Part shown: positions 36,711 to 50,199 of the stretch, in pieces
Layout of the letters: the number at the start of each line of letters is the position of its first letter
Numbering within the stretch: position 1 is the stretch's first letter
Assembly: GCF_964213995.1 (NCBI RefSeq)
Contig: NW_027590138.1
Location: forward strand, 1,054,001 to 1,118,000
Length of the DNA stretch: 64,000 bases
Direction of reading: 5' to 3'
Origin: Mustelus asterias
Taxonomy: Eukaryota
Position numbers and translations under genes: made by a program
The notes under the pieces: generated by a model
Databases searched by the model: none
Told to the model about the DNA's origin: nothing
The model's input: only the letters and a program-made list of their open reading frames with translations

Positions 36711-37379
36711 GGTGCAGGTGTCCTTGCCGCTCTCTTGGGTGGACAATTAGTTGAAACTTTGTCCACACACACAACACGGGTACAGTCTCTCCCCGCTGTG
36801 AATGGTGTGATATTTATTCAGGCTGTGTGACTGGTTAAAGCTCTTTAGTCAGTGCACTGGAACACTCTCACTCGAGTGTGACAGTGTGTTGCTGCTTTTC
36901 CAGTCACACTGATGTTTGAAATCTTTTCAAATCAACAGACCGGACAATCATTTCTCCTTCTAGATTCAAAGTCCGATGATATTCAGCTCCCAAGGAATAT
37001 GACTGTCAGATCTAGACGTGACGTTTGAGATTTCAGCCTGTGATTCCTCTTTCAATATCCTGTAAAATGAGTTTACAAAAGTCATCAGTGTCAGTACAGG
37101 ATAGAAATTCAGAACAGACAATTTCTATGGAACATTCTTTCCTCTCTCATTCCCCAGAAGCTGTAAATCTCCATTCCACACACTCTCTCCCCATTCTCAG
37201 CACGTCTGGTAGCATCTGTATGGAGAGAAAAGAACTGATGTTTCAGCGCTTTGACAAAGGGTCATCGAGACAAGAAACATCAGCTCTTTTCTCTCCTTAC
37301 AGATGCTGCCAGACCTGCTGAGATTTTCCAGCATTTTCTCTCTTGGTTTCAGATTCCAGCATCCGCAGTAATTTGCTTT

Positions 37380-39092
37380 TATAAGGCTGCAGATACCTCC
37401 TCCCAAGTAACATGCGTGTGCCCAAGACATCACCACTTGTTTCCCTTATTTCTTTCGCACCCATGGTGCTCTCCGCAGTAAACACAGAGGAGAAGTATTC
37501 ATTAAAAATCTCACCCATCTCCTGTGTCTCCACACACAGATGGCCATACTGATTTTTAAGGGGATCTATTCTCTCTCTAGCCACCCTTTTACTCTTAATA
37601 TAGCTATAGAACCTCTTGGAATTTTCTTTAATCTTTAAACCCAATGTATGCTTCCTTCTTTTACCTGACCAGAGCCTCAATGTCCCTTGTCTGCCAGAGA
37701 TCCCTAAATTTACCATTCTTTCCCTGCATCTTAACAGGAATATACTGCCCTGGATTCTTGATATCACACTTTTAAAACCTTCCATTTGCCAGTCATTCCT
37801 TTCCCTTCAAACAAACTCACCTAATCAACATCTGCTCGATCCTGCCTAATGCCCACAAAAGTGGCCCTGCTCATCCATCCTCTGGATTACCTCTTCGGAA
37901 AACAATAAAAGATTTGTCAGACATGACTTCCCGTGCACAAAGCGGTGCTGACTATCCCTAATCACACCGTCAGAATCCAAATGTTGGTAGATTCTGTCCT
38001 TCACAATCCCCTCCAGTAACTTACCCACCACTGATGTCAGACTACCGGCCTATAATTCCCAGGCTTCTCTTTGCTACGCTTCTTAAACAACAGAACAACA
38101 TTAACATGTTCTATTCTTCCAGAACTTCACCAGGAGAAAGAGATGAAACAAATATCTCTGCAAGGGGCTCTGTAATTCCTTCCTGAGCCTCCCACAAGAT
38201 CTGAAGATATAATTGATCAGACCCAGGGGATTTATCCACCTTAATGCACTTTAAGGCTGCAGATACCTCCTCCCGAGTAATATGCATGTGGTCCAAGACA
38301 TCACAGCTTCTTTCTCTTATTTCTTCAGCATCCATCATGTTCTCCTCAGGAAACACCAAGGAGAAATATTCATTAAAAATCGCACCCATCTCCTGTGACT
38401 CCATCCTCAGATAGCCATGCTGATTTTTAAGGGGACCTATTCTCTCTCTCTCTAGCCACCCTTTTACTCTTAATATCGCGATAGAACCTCTTGGGATTTT
38501 CATAGAATCCATACAGTGCAGAAAGAGGCCATTTGGCCCATCGAATCTGCACCGACCACAATCCCACCCAGGCCCTACCCCCATATCCCGACATATTTAC
38601 CCGCTAATTCCTCTAACCTACGCATCTCAGGACACTAAGGGGCAATTTTAGCATGGCCAATCAACCTAACCCACACATCTTTGGACTGTGTTAAAGTTAA
38701 ATTTTCTTTAACTTTACCTGCCAGATCCATATCATACCCTCTTAAGTGTTCTCTTACACTTTTAAGAGACATCGAGTGATTCACTTGTCCCCGATTGTCT
38801 AAACCCAATGTCTGCTTCCTTCTTTTACCTGACCAGAACCTCAATGTCCCTTGTCAGCCAGGGATCCCTAAATTTACCATTCTTTCCCTTCATCCTGACA
38901 GGAATATACTGCCCCTGGACTCTTTATCACACTTTTAAAACCTCCCATTTGCCAGTCATTCCTTTCCCTTCAAACAAACTCATCTAATCGACATCTGCTA
39001 GATCCTGCCTAATGCCCACAAAAGTGGCCCTGCTCCAGTTTAGGGCCTTGATCTGTGGACCTGTCCTATCTTTTTCCAGAACTATTTTGAAA
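37380..39092 (-). mobile_element. Rearranged, internally duplicated CR1 ORF2 fragments with a SINE insert (~38500-38690)
   Basis: EMGEIFNEYFSSVF and VDKSPG peptides; 37380-37870 duplicated at 38250-39035. Confidence 0.75.
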
Positions 39093-39159
39093 CTATTGGT
39101 GCTCCCAATAGTGCTCCACGACTGACACTTCAGTCACTTGCTCTACCTCATTTCTTAAC

Positions 39160-39630
39160 TGTTTAATAGAAAGTGAGTCCAGGAATTGATAATGAAAAAT
39201 AAGGAGCTGGGAGATGAATTGAACAAGTATTTTGCCTCGGTGTTCACAATAGAGGATACAGTTAAAACTCAGAAACAACTGGAAATCAGAAAACAGAAGT
39301 GTGGGATGAACTCTGAAAAAGGGAAGTGGTCCTCAGCAAACTGTTGGAGCTGTGGGATGACGAGTCCTCGGGTCCTGCTGGGCTTCATTCTCGGGTCTTA
39401 ACAGAGTGAGATAGTTGATGTGTCGGTCAATTTTCTAAAATTCCCCATCGGGAATTGGATAAAGGGAAACCAGTGGATGCGCTGTACTTAGATTTCCAGA
39501 AGACATTTGATGAGGTGCCACATCAAAGGTTATTGCAGCAAATAAAAATTCATGCTGCGGGGATGACATATTGGCGTGGATAGAAGATTGGCAAACAGCA
39601 AACAGTGGGCAGAAATGGATCATTTTCTGG
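39160..39630 (+). mobile_element. Old CR1 ORF2 fragment
   Basis: DELNKYFASVFT; YLDFQKTFDEVPHQRLL. Confidence 0.65.
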
Positions 39631-39829
39631 TTTAAGAGAGAGAGAGAGACCTGGGCCAACCTTTCCAGAGTCTGCACCCTCCCTGGATTCACTTCCTTTC
39701 CCTTCAGATGCTGCAAGTCCCCAATTTCCCCCAGAATGAGAAAAGAAATGGAAAGGGGGAGAAAAGAAAGTGTTTTACTCACAGATATTAGCGACAGGAG
39801 GAAGTTTCAGTCAGTCTGAAGATCAATCT

Positions 39830-40260
39830 TCATTCACACAAAGCCTGCGCTCAGATTGGCCGGAAGACCAGAGTCCTTCCGGTCCTCCAACTCTTCCCAT
39901 TGGTCAAGCCCTCAGCATGAAGATCAGAGGGTGGGTTCTCCCCCGCACATGCGCAGCTTTCCCTCTCCCCCGCACATGCGCAGTCCCGGGCCAGGGGGAG
40001 GGGGAGATCACCGAGCAGCTTCTCGTTCTGGCCGGAGCCATCAGCCGGTTGCCTGGAAACCTTGACTCAAGGAGGTGTAAGGGGAGGGGGAACAATGGGT
40101 GGGGGCGGGGCTCCCGGGTCCGCGCGCCCGGGCCTGCGCACTGGAACCCGGAGACATCACCGCGGAGCAGAGTGACTCCTATTGGCTGATTCAGGCAGGG
40201 CTCTATTGTGACGTCACAATGTGGATGTGGTCCAATGAGCTTCAGAGTGAAACGTCCTCC
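39830..40260. promoter_or_regulatory. CpG-rich, probably bidirectional promoter
   Basis: Two GCACATGCGCA (NRF1-like), GC box, CCAAT/ATTGG, TGACGTCA. Confidence 0.6.
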
Positions 40261-40489
40261 TCTGGACAACATCTGGGAGGAAATCAATGTTTCCCCCTTT
40301 CCATTTCTTTTCTCATTCTGGGGGAAATTGGGGACTTGCAGCAACTGAAGGGAATGAAGTGAATTCGGTCTGTATATTCCACACATTTTTACTCCACTAA
40401 TGTAGACATTTATCTGTCTGGCCGCCTGCATGGAAAGTTTCAGCACTCTGCGTCCAGGGCAGGAAGCAGTGAGCATGGATCTGTCAATC

Positions 40490-40871
40490 ACACATGAGGA
40501 CGGCCTCAACTGGGATCTTGGGTTCATGTCACACGATCTGTAACCCCCACGACTTGCCTGGGCTTGCAAAATCTCACTAACTGTCCTGGCTGGAGACAAT
40601 ACGCATCTATTTAACCTGTGCTTAACCCTCTCTCCACTCACATTGTCTGTACCTTTAAGATTTGAATACCTGTAAAGACTCGCATTCCAACCATTATTTT
40701 GTAAATTGAGTTTGTGTCTTTGTGCCCTGTTTGTGAACAGAACTCCCACTCACCTGATGAAGGAGCAGCGCTCCGAAAGGCTTGTGCTACCAAATAAACC
40801 TGTTGGACTTTAACCTGGTGTTGTGAGACTTCTTTCCGTGCTTACCCCAGTTCAACGCCGGCATCTCCACA
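40490..40871 (+). mobile_element. Penelope-like 3' terminus with hammerhead motif (40751-40786)
   Basis: Same sequence as 2140-2528. Confidence 0.85.
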
Positions 40872-41289
40872 CTCTGAGTGGAAACAGTGGGAAGTAGGAG
40901 GCCGGAAGTGAGGAGAGAGATTTTATACATCAACAACTCAACAGGAACTTTGACAGAATTTCCAAACCCTGTGAACAGCATCAGCTCCAAGTTCCTCTCC
41001 AACCCACACACCATCCGGACTTGTCTGACATCCAGTACTGAAAGAACAGAAATTTATTTCATATAAATACTGGGAAGACTGAACCCATTGTGTTCAGTCC
41101 CCACTACAAACTCCACTCCCTCGCCAACAACTTTATCTCTCCTCCTGGTAACTGTCTGAGGCTGAACCAGGCTGTTCACAACCAGGGTGAAATAGTGCAT
41201 CCCAAGATGAGCTTCCAGCCACGTCCACATCATCATCAAGACCACCTTCATTCAAAGAAGTAATTAATTTATAAGAATGAATAATAAAA

Positions 41290-41582
41290 TACAGTGTAGA
41301 AGGAGGCCATTCAGCCCATCGAGCCTGCACCGACAACAATCCCATCCAGGCCTTATCCACATATTTACCTGTTAATCCCCCTGATACCAAGTGGCAATTT
41401 ATGATGGCCAATCCGTCTAACCAGCACATCTTTGGACTGTGGAAGGAAACCGGAACACCCGGAGGAAACCCACACAGACACGGGGAGAATGTAGAAACTC
41501 TGCACAGACAGCGACCCGAGGCTGGAATTGAACCCGGGTCCCTGGTGCTGTTAAGCAGCTGCACTAACCACTGTGCCACCGG
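41290..41582 (-). mobile_element. SINE
   Basis: Reverse-complement head, core and tail. Confidence 0.8.
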
Positions 41583-41639
41583 GCCACATGTCAGTGCCAT
41601 CGCCCGACTCCAGCCCAGTCTCAGCTCATCTGGAACCCT

Positions 41640-41790
41640 CACCCATTCCATTCTGACGTCACACCCACACCCATTCCATTGTGACGTCACACCCTCACCC
41701 ATTCCATTGTGACGTCACACCCTCACCCATTCCATTGTGACGTCACACCCTCACCCATTCCATTGTGACGTCACACCCTCACCCATTCCA
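41640..41790. repeat. 28-bp tandem repeat x5 carrying TGACGTCA
   Basis: CCCATTCCATTGTGACGTCACACCCTCA units. Confidence 0.9.
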
Positions 41791-42600
41791 TGATAATTGT
41801 GAGGTGATTCATTTTGGTAGGACTAATTTAAATGTGGATTACAGGGTCAAAGGTAGGGTTCTGAAGACTGTGGAGGAACAGAGAGATCTTGGGGTCCATA
41901 TCCACAGATCTCTAAAGGTTGCCACTCAAGTTGATAGAGCTGTGAAGAAGGCCTATAGTGTGTTAGCTTTTATTAACAGGGGGTTGGAGTTTAAGAGCCG
42001 TAGGGTTATGCTGCAACTGTACAGAACCTTGGTGAGACCACATTTGGAATATTGTGTGCAGTTCTGGTCAGCTCACTATAAGAAGGATGTGGAAGCGCTG
42101 GAAAGAGTGCAGAGGAGATTTACCAGGATGCTGCCTGGTTTGGAGGGTAGGTCTTATGAGGAAAGGTTGAGGGAGGTGGGGCTGTTCTCTCTGGAGCGGA
42201 GGAGGCTGAGGGGGGACTTAATAGAGGTTTATAAAATGATGAAGGGGATAGATAGAGTGAACGTTCAAAGACTATTTCCTCGGGTGGATGGAGCTATTAC
42301 AAGGGGGCATAACTATAGGGTTCGTGGTGGGAGATATAGGAAGGATATCAGAGGTAGGTTCTTTACGCAGAGAGTGGTTGTGGTGTGGAATGGACTGCCT
42401 GCAGTGATAGTGGAGTCAGACACTTTAGGAACATTTAAGCGGTTATTGGATAGACACATGGAGCATACCAGGATGATAGGGAGTGGGATAGCTTGATCTT
42501 GGTTTCAGATAAAGCTCGGCACAACATCGTGGGCCGAAGGGCCTGTTCTGTGCTGTACTGTTCTATGTTTTCCATTGTTTTTCTATGTTCTCTATGTTCT
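41791..42600 (+). mobile_element. 5'-truncated CR1 LINE
   Basis: CEVIHFG..VRPHLEYCVQFW..; TTCTATG tail. Confidence 0.9.
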
Positions 42601-42649
42601 AAAATCAAGTTACAGAATACAATCCTGCTGATGCCAAGGGTTAATTTAA

Positions 42650-42830
42650 TTTATCATGGCCAATCCGTCTAACCTGCAGATCTTTGGACTGTGGGAGGAA
42701 ACCAGAGCACCTGGAGAAAACCCACACAGACACAGGGAGAATGTGCAAATTCCTCACAGCGACCCGAGGCTGGAATTGAACCCGGGTCCCTGGCGCTGTT
42801 AGGCAGCTGCACTAACCACTGTGCCACCGG
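42650..42830 (-). mobile_element. SINE fragment (duplicate of 41400-41582)
   Basis: Direct sequence match. Confidence 0.75.
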
Positions 42831-43441
42831 GCCACATGTCAGTGCCATTGCCCGACTCCAGCCCAGTCTCAGCTCATCTGGAACCCTCACCCCTTCCATT
42901 GTGACGTCACACCTTCACCCATTGAGATGGGTTTGGATTTCAGCCCAGGGAGGAGGGAGAGTGTGTGGGACAGTGATTTACAGATTTTGGGGAACAAGAG
43001 AGGAAAAAATGTCCCAGAGAAACTAGAATTGTCTGTTCAGAATTTCTATCCCGGACTGACGCTGATGACTTTTCCAAATTTTTTTTACAGGATATTGGAA
43101 GTGGAGGATTGGCAGACAGAAAACTCAAACCGAACATCATGACTCGCAAAGTCATTTTGTTCATTCGGAGCTGAATATCATTGGTCTTTGAATATGGGAG
43201 GAGAAATGTTTGACTCTTCTGTCTGTCGGCAAAGATTTTAAACATCAGTGTGACCGGAAAAGCAGTGAAACAAACACACACCCGATTGAGAGTGTTCCAG
43301 TGAACTGACTGAGGAAAGATCTTTAACAGTCTGAAAGAACATCACACAATTCACAGCAGGGTGAAACTACGTGTATGTTGTGTGTGTGGACGAGGTTTCA
43401 ACTGATCATCCAACCTGGAGAAACACAAGGGCACCAGCACC

Positions 43442-44760
43442 ATGGAGAAACCGTGGAAATGTGTGGAGTGCGGGAAAGGATTCGGTTTCCCATCACAACT
43501 GGAAGTTCATTGCTGTAGTCACACTGGGGAGAGACCGTTCACCTCCTCCGTTTGTGGGAAGGGATTCACCCATTCATACAACCTTCTGACTCACCAACGG
43601 GTTCACACTGGGGAGAGGCTGTTCACCTGCCCTGTGTGTGGGAAGGGATTCACTCGCTCATCCCACATTGTGACACACCAACTTGTTCACACTGATGAGA
43701 GACTGTTTCCATGTTCTGACTGAGAAGAGTTTTAAATGCAAAAAAGATCTGCTGACACACCAATGCATTCACACTGGGGAGAGACCGTTCACCTGCTCTG
43801 TGTGTGGGAAAGGATTCATTCAGTCATCCCACCTGCAGACACATCAACTTGTTCACTCTGATAACAAACTTTTTAATTGTTCTGACTGTGAGAAGGGCTT
43901 TAAAAACAAAAAGGATCTGTTAATGCACCAATATACTCACACTGGGGAGAGGCCATTCACCTGCTGTGTGTGGGGGAAGGGATTCAGCCGCCCATCTGCC
44001 CAACTGAACCACCAGAGAATTCACACTGGGGAGAGGCCCTTCACCTGCTCAGACTGTGGGAAGGGATTCAATAATTCATCCAACCTTCTGATACACCAGC
44101 AGCTCCATACAGGGGATCGACCGTTCACCTGCTCTGAATGTGGGAAGGGATTCACCCGTTCATACAACCTTCTGACACACCAGCAGGTTCACAGTGAGGA
44201 GAGGCCATTCACTTGCTCCGTATGTGGGAAGGGATTCACTCTTTCACCCAACCTATTGAACCACCAGTGAGTTCACACTGGGGAGAGGCCGTTCACCTGT
44301 AACGTCTGTGGAAAGGGATTTATTCAGTCATCTAACGGTAGCACGGTAGCACAGTGGTTAGCACTGCTGCTTCACAGCTCCAGGGTCCCGGGTTCGATTC
44401 CCGGCTCGGGTCACTGTCTGTGTGGAGTTTGCACGTTCTCCCTGTGTCTCCGTGGGTTTCCTCCGGGTGCTCCGGTTTCCTCTCACAGTCCAAAGATGTG
44501 CGGGTTAGGTTGATTGGCCAGGTTAAAAAAATTGCCCCTGAGATGCGTAGGTTAGTGGGATTAGCGGGTAAATATGTGGGAGTAGGGCCTGGTTGGGATT
44601 GTGGTCGGTGCAGACTCGATGGGCTGAATGGCCTCCTTCTGCACTGTAGGGTTTCTATGATTTCTATGATTTCTAACCTGCTAACACACCAGCAAGTTCA
44701 CAAACGACTGCAAGGTTTGGATTCTACACTTATCGATGCTGTTAATCATATCCAGGTCTG
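43442..44760 (+). pseudogene. C2H2 zinc-finger pseudogene (ZNF-G)
   Basis: Frameshift near 43720, TGA at 44268-44270, SINE inside the last finger. Confidence 0.85.
44337..44671 (+). mobile_element. SINE with 6-bp TSD TCTAAC
   Basis: TSD at 44331-44336 and 44672-44677. Confidence 0.9.
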
Positions 44761-47700
44761 AATCATGTTCTCTCTGACTTTTTTCCTCTGTTGAGGTTTG
44801 ATATTCTGAATAAATGTGAAATAGACATTTGATTGAATCATTGTTGTAGATTTTTGTCTTTTCCATTTGAGTGTTTAACGTCACCAGGCTGGAGCTCAGA
44901 AAGGGCAATCTGAGGGAGGATCATACAGTAGGAACAGAACTTCATTCTTGACACAGTCCTTCAGGGTCACGCTGAGAGGGACAAACAGCACTTTGGTCTT
45001 TTTCGTCACTTTTCACTGACAGCAAAGTCCCCGTGTGGGTGAATCCTGAGGTGTGTAAGAAATGTGTCCCAGTCGTTCTTTTCCATGGTTCAGAGCTCCT
45101 AGACCCGGAACAGAAGCTCCTTTACAACTGTGTTTAGAGTCAGGAAGAACAACGGTGAATGCTGGAAACGTGCTGTCAAAGATTGGTGTAAAACTGGGAT
45201 CTATTCCTGACTGAGAGTGAAACGGCAGGTTTAGGTTTCCAGACTAAAAATGAAAAAAAGTGTAAAACATTTTAATGTGTGTGTGTGTCAGTCCTGGTTT
45301 ATTGAACAGAAACTGGCTTCAAATAAATTGGTTGAAGTCTGCATTAAAGGAGGAGCTGGAGACGTTCAAAGGAGCCTGTTAACTGCTGGGACAATGAGAC
45401 AACAATTTGATTCCCAGATAGAGAAGGAGCTGCAGTGTGTGTCCAAGAATTCTCAGTTTTGTTGATGTGTGCTTCCCATACACTATCCTTTTAAATAAAC
45501 CTCACTCCTATCAGCCTTTAACCATTATGAACAGAACAGAGAGAAGCTGAGCAGCATCAGAGCCCTGACTGATCATTTAAGAATGAGTGATGTGTTCAGC
45601 TGAAGTTTCCTGTTGGTAGTTTTCTGGGTGATCTCCTTATTTTGATCATTCTCAGTGACCCCTGGGTGTGAACCTCCTCTCCTCTCTTTTAGACAATCAC
45701 TCACTTAACATCTCCTCTCTCTCAGAAACTCAATCGCTCAACATCTCTCTCACACTCACTGAACGTCTCTCTCTCTCTCTCTCTCCAGGCATTCACTCAC
45801 ACCTCACCTTCCATCTCTCTTACATTCTAACCTCGTTCCTCTCTCACATTTACTTAACCTCTCTCCTCTCAGATACTGTGTTCATCACTTAATGTCTCTC
45901 TATCTTTCTTTCAAACACTCACTCATTTAACCTTCCTATTTCAGATCTGCTCAAACTTATTCATTCTTTTCTCTCTCTCATTACCTCTCTCTGAAAAAGC
46001 ACAAACAAACTTCATCTCTCTTCGCTGTCTGAGAAAACATCTAATTAATGGAGATTCAATCCTCTCTGTTTCTCTCTCCCACTGCCTCTGACAGGCCCTG
46101 ACTCACTTTAAATCTCCTCTTTTCTAATAACCCTCTTTGGGAAAATTGATTTGTTCTCTAATTCCTCCTCATTTCTCCCAGTGATGACCCTCAGTCCATC
46201 TCCCAATTCAGTGAATGTGTTAAAAATCCAAATAATCTCCTTTCTTTATTGTTTAAAATGGGAATGGAGGTGAATGTAATGCTGAGACCAGTAGCAATCT
46301 GTGTGGTTGTTCTTGGTGCTGTCAGAGTGAGTTCACCCTCACAGGCAGGAAGACTGTTCATGGTGATAACATCAAACTGACGCCGGCTGTTTCATTCTCA
46401 GGTAACACAACTTCCTGTTTCTCTGCTGCCGGTTCCAAACCTCACATCTCACTTCTGAGCAGAAAATAAATCCAGGGACCACAATCTGGTGAGAACATCT
46501 GTCAGTGCGGCCGATATCTGTCCACAGAGTCAGGGCAGAGTCACACAGGTCACATTGTGGTGACATTTACAAATGAGCCAGTTATTTCTGTTCAGAGTTT
46601 CCATTCGCAGATATAACCAGCTGTGTCTGTGGATCAGTTACTGAGTTCCCTCTGCTCCCCACAGCTGGGAACTGATAGCCTGCTCCCTTATATTTTATAT
46701 CATTCTCTCTGTATTGCTTGTTTCCTCTATTTCTCAGCTTTTATCTTTGACCTTCCTCATCTTTCTGCTTTTTAAAATCTTCCTCAATTTTTCTCTCAGT
46801 CTTTCCGTCTCTCTCTTCCTCTGTAACTTTCTCAGGCTCTGTGTGTTCCTATTTAATCGACATGTTCAAAATCATGAAGAGTTTCTGATTGATTATAGAA
46901 GGAAAAACAGGGAGAGAAGCAGAAAAACCCAGCAGATCCGGCGGCATCTGTTGAGAGAGAAACAGTTAACATTTTGAGTCCATATAATTCTTCAGGGCAG
47001 GAAAAACATGGGTTATCCATCTTAGATTAGGGAATGTGATGGGGCGATTTAATAGAGATGTTTCAAATGACAAATGATTTATGATAGTTTCTCTCCATTG
47101 ACACTATCTCCCAGGAGCAGGAAGTCTGTCGATGGTGAGAATCTATTTCCCAGGTGCAGGAGGGTCTGTAAGCAGAGGATACAGAGATTTAATATAATTG
47201 ACAACAGAACTGGAGGGGGTGATAAGGAAAATTTTTTACACAATAACTGGATATGATCTGGAATGCACAAACTGACAGGTGCTAGAAGCAGGTTTAATAG
47301 CAACTTTCAAAGGGAATTGGATAAATACTTGCAGAAGGTAAATTGGCAGAGTTATGGTCAATGGGATTAATTGGACAGTTCACTCATCTTTGTGACATTC
47401 TGAATGTTTCTCTCCTGAGGTTTTAATGTTTGATCTTTTCAGTCACAATGTGTCTCAAACAGAAGATTAAACCATTGGGTTTGATGAGCCTTCAGATCTG
47501 TTTCCTGTGTGTAACTTGAGAACTGCAGATAACCATGAGAAGGAACTGATTATTATCAGTTCCTCGAACAGATACACCTCAGATATCAGAAATCCCTGGA
47601 GTTCCCCATGTCCTCATTATTCTCCCCTTGAGTATAACAGCTCTCAGTCAGGCCGAGTCAGTCGCATGTGCCTCTGTCATGATGTTTCCACTTGTATTTT

Positions 47701-48218
47701 ATCACTCACCTCCCAGTGACACTCACCATAACACAGACACCTTAAAATATCATTGTTCCCTTACACTTTGTCCTCCTATTATAATCAAATGTTTGTTGGG
47801 CCTCTTGTCTCCCTTAATGTCAGATTATCTGCAGTTAAAATGACCTCAGAGACACTGAAACCGACCTCAGTGATTATTATACCAGACTCCAATCAGCCCC
47901 AGGAGCTGCAGTTGTAAAATACAGTAAGAGTTTTAACAACACCAGGTTAAAGTACAGCAGAAATACAGCAGAATGTAAAATACAGCAGAATTGGAATAAC
48001 AGCCAGGTTATTGTCTGATACTGACAGTGGCAGAGTAACACACACCGGAATCTAAATACATTATATCAATGGACCATGACTCACTCACACTATCAAATGA
48101 AACCTAAACTTTGGTTCTGGTGCACGTGATACTGACTGTATTACCATTACATTGGATCTAATGCTGTGTTTACTAACAGACTGCAACGTGACTCTTATTA
48201 TTTGAACAAACATTGTAT

Positions 48219-48490
48219 CTGTTACACTCAGAGTAAGTCAGTGCTTTGCTGTGTTGTCTCTGTGCTCCATCCCCACTCTGATTGTATTGGAGCCTGTGTG
48301 TGTCACTGTTACACTCAGAGTAAGTCAGTGCTTTGCTGTGTTGTCTCTGTGCTCCATCCCCACTCTGATTGTATTGGAGCCTGTGTGTGTCACTGTTACA
48401 CTCAGAGTAAGTCAGTGCTTTGCTGTGTTGTCTCTGTGCTCCATCCCCACTCTGATTGTATTGGAGCCTGTGTGTGTCATTGTTACACTG
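48219..48490. repeat. 87-bp tandem repeat x3
   Basis: TGTTACACTCAGAGTAAGTCAGTGC.. units. Confidence 0.9.
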
Positions 48491-48524
48491 AGACTCTGTC
48501 ACTGTGATTATTGGACAAACAGCA

Positions 48525-48960
48525 AGTTACCGTCACAATGCCCAGCTGATTGACGGCAGCGCGGACCAATGGGAAGAGGGGGCAGTACTGGAGGCCCGAT
48601 CTGGAGCGGTCGGTCCTCCAACCAATAGAAGTGAATGAGGGGCGGGGCCAGCTTTGACTTGAGCATGCGCAGTGTGAGTAATGGCAATGGAGGCGGCTTT
48701 TGTTTTGGGCTCGGAAATCTGTTCGAGGTGATTGGCGGTACGGAGAGAGCAATGGATCGCCCAGGTGGGTGGAAACGCTGCGTAAGCATGTTGTGTAAGC
48801 CGCAAACCGCGGAAGAGAGCTTCCCGGACCCAGTTTGTATCGAGCAGGAATGCAGCTCCTCATGTTCGTTAACGTTCGCCATCTTTATTGGGGGCAATAT
48901 GCAGCAGTGCGCACGTGCGGCCGCCATGTTTGTAGAGGGCAATGTTGTCAATCAGTGGGA
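48525..48960. promoter_or_regulatory. CpG-rich promoter-like region
   Basis: CCAAT boxes, GGGGCGGGG, GCATGCGCA, YY1-like CGCCATCTT and GCCGCCATGTT. Confidence 0.55.
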
Positions 48961-49119
48961 GGCGCTTGTTCCCCAGTGTTCAGAATGGAGACAACTTGTC
49001 CATCAAACTGCATCAACCCTCTGAGTCCCAATGTCTTATTGATGAGGCAGAGCAGTGACAGAGAAGGAAAAAGAAAGGGAAAGTAAAACAGAAAATGCTG
49101 GAAAATCTCAGCAGATTTG

Positions 49120-49500
49120 ATAGCATAGAACATAGAATGTTACAGCGCAGTACAGGCCCTTCAGCCCTCGATGTTGCGCCGACCTGTGAAACCAATCTAA
49201 AGCCCATCTAATCTACACTATTCCAATACCATCCATATGTTTATCCAATGACCATTTAAATGCCCTTAATGTTGGCGAGTCCACTACTGCTGCAGGCAGG
49301 GAATTCCACACCCTTACTACTCTCTGAGTAAAGAACCTACCTCTGACATCTGTCCTATATCTATCACCCCTCAATTTAAAGCTATGTCCCCTCGTGCTAG
49401 CTATCACCATCCGAGGAAAAAGGCTCTCACTGTCCACCCTATCTAATCCTCTGATCATCTTGTACGCCTCTATTAAGTCACCTCTTAACCTTCTTCTCTC
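49120..49500 (-). mobile_element. CR1 3' fragment
   Basis: ERRRLRGDLIEAYKMIRG..; TTCTATG tail. Confidence 0.85.
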
Positions 49501-49511
49501 GAATGAAAAAT

Positions 49512-49605
49512 TACACCATAGATAAGTAAGCCCCACCAACGCCTCTACTTTCTCAGAAGACTAAGGAAATTCGGCATGTCCGCTACGACTCTCACCAACC
49601 TTTAC
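49512..49605 (+). mobile_element. Rex1/Babar-like LINE RT fragment
   Basis: QRLYFLRRLRKFGMSATTLTN reading. Confidence 0.5.
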
Positions 49606-50199
49606 GGCTCCCGAGTCAAGGTCAGGGTCGGAGGATAAACATTCTCTCCACCTCCGGCACCACCCCCGCGCCCCCCCCTCCCCCCGTCCCCGCACGCCCC
49701 CAAAGGTCTGCACTCACTGGGGAGTGAGAATAGAACCAACGTTTCGAGACTGGACGACCCATAGTCAGAGTGTACACGCGTAAACAGAGCATGTAAACTT
49801 CAACACCCTCCACGTACCCTTGTACACCTCTATCAATCTACTTTGCTCCAAGGAGAACAACCCCAAGTTATCCAGCCTAACATTGTAACTATAATTCCTC
49901 ATCCCTGGAACCATTTTGATAAATCTCCTCTGCACCCTGTCAAGGAGCCTCGCATCCTCCATAATGTGTGGTGTTCACTGGTTTGCACAGACCCAGGTAT
50001 TCTGTGTTCCTGTCTGTGATCTCATCACATACTTACAATTGCACAGTGACACCACCCCCACTCCCTGGGGATTTCCCCAACTGGGAGATTTTTCTCTGAT
50101 GCCAATGCTTCTGATATCTTTCCAGCTGCAGGCTCCAGCAGGAGATTTTAATATTAAAATCAGTTAAATTGTTTCAGAGGTGAGTGTTTGTGACCATTC

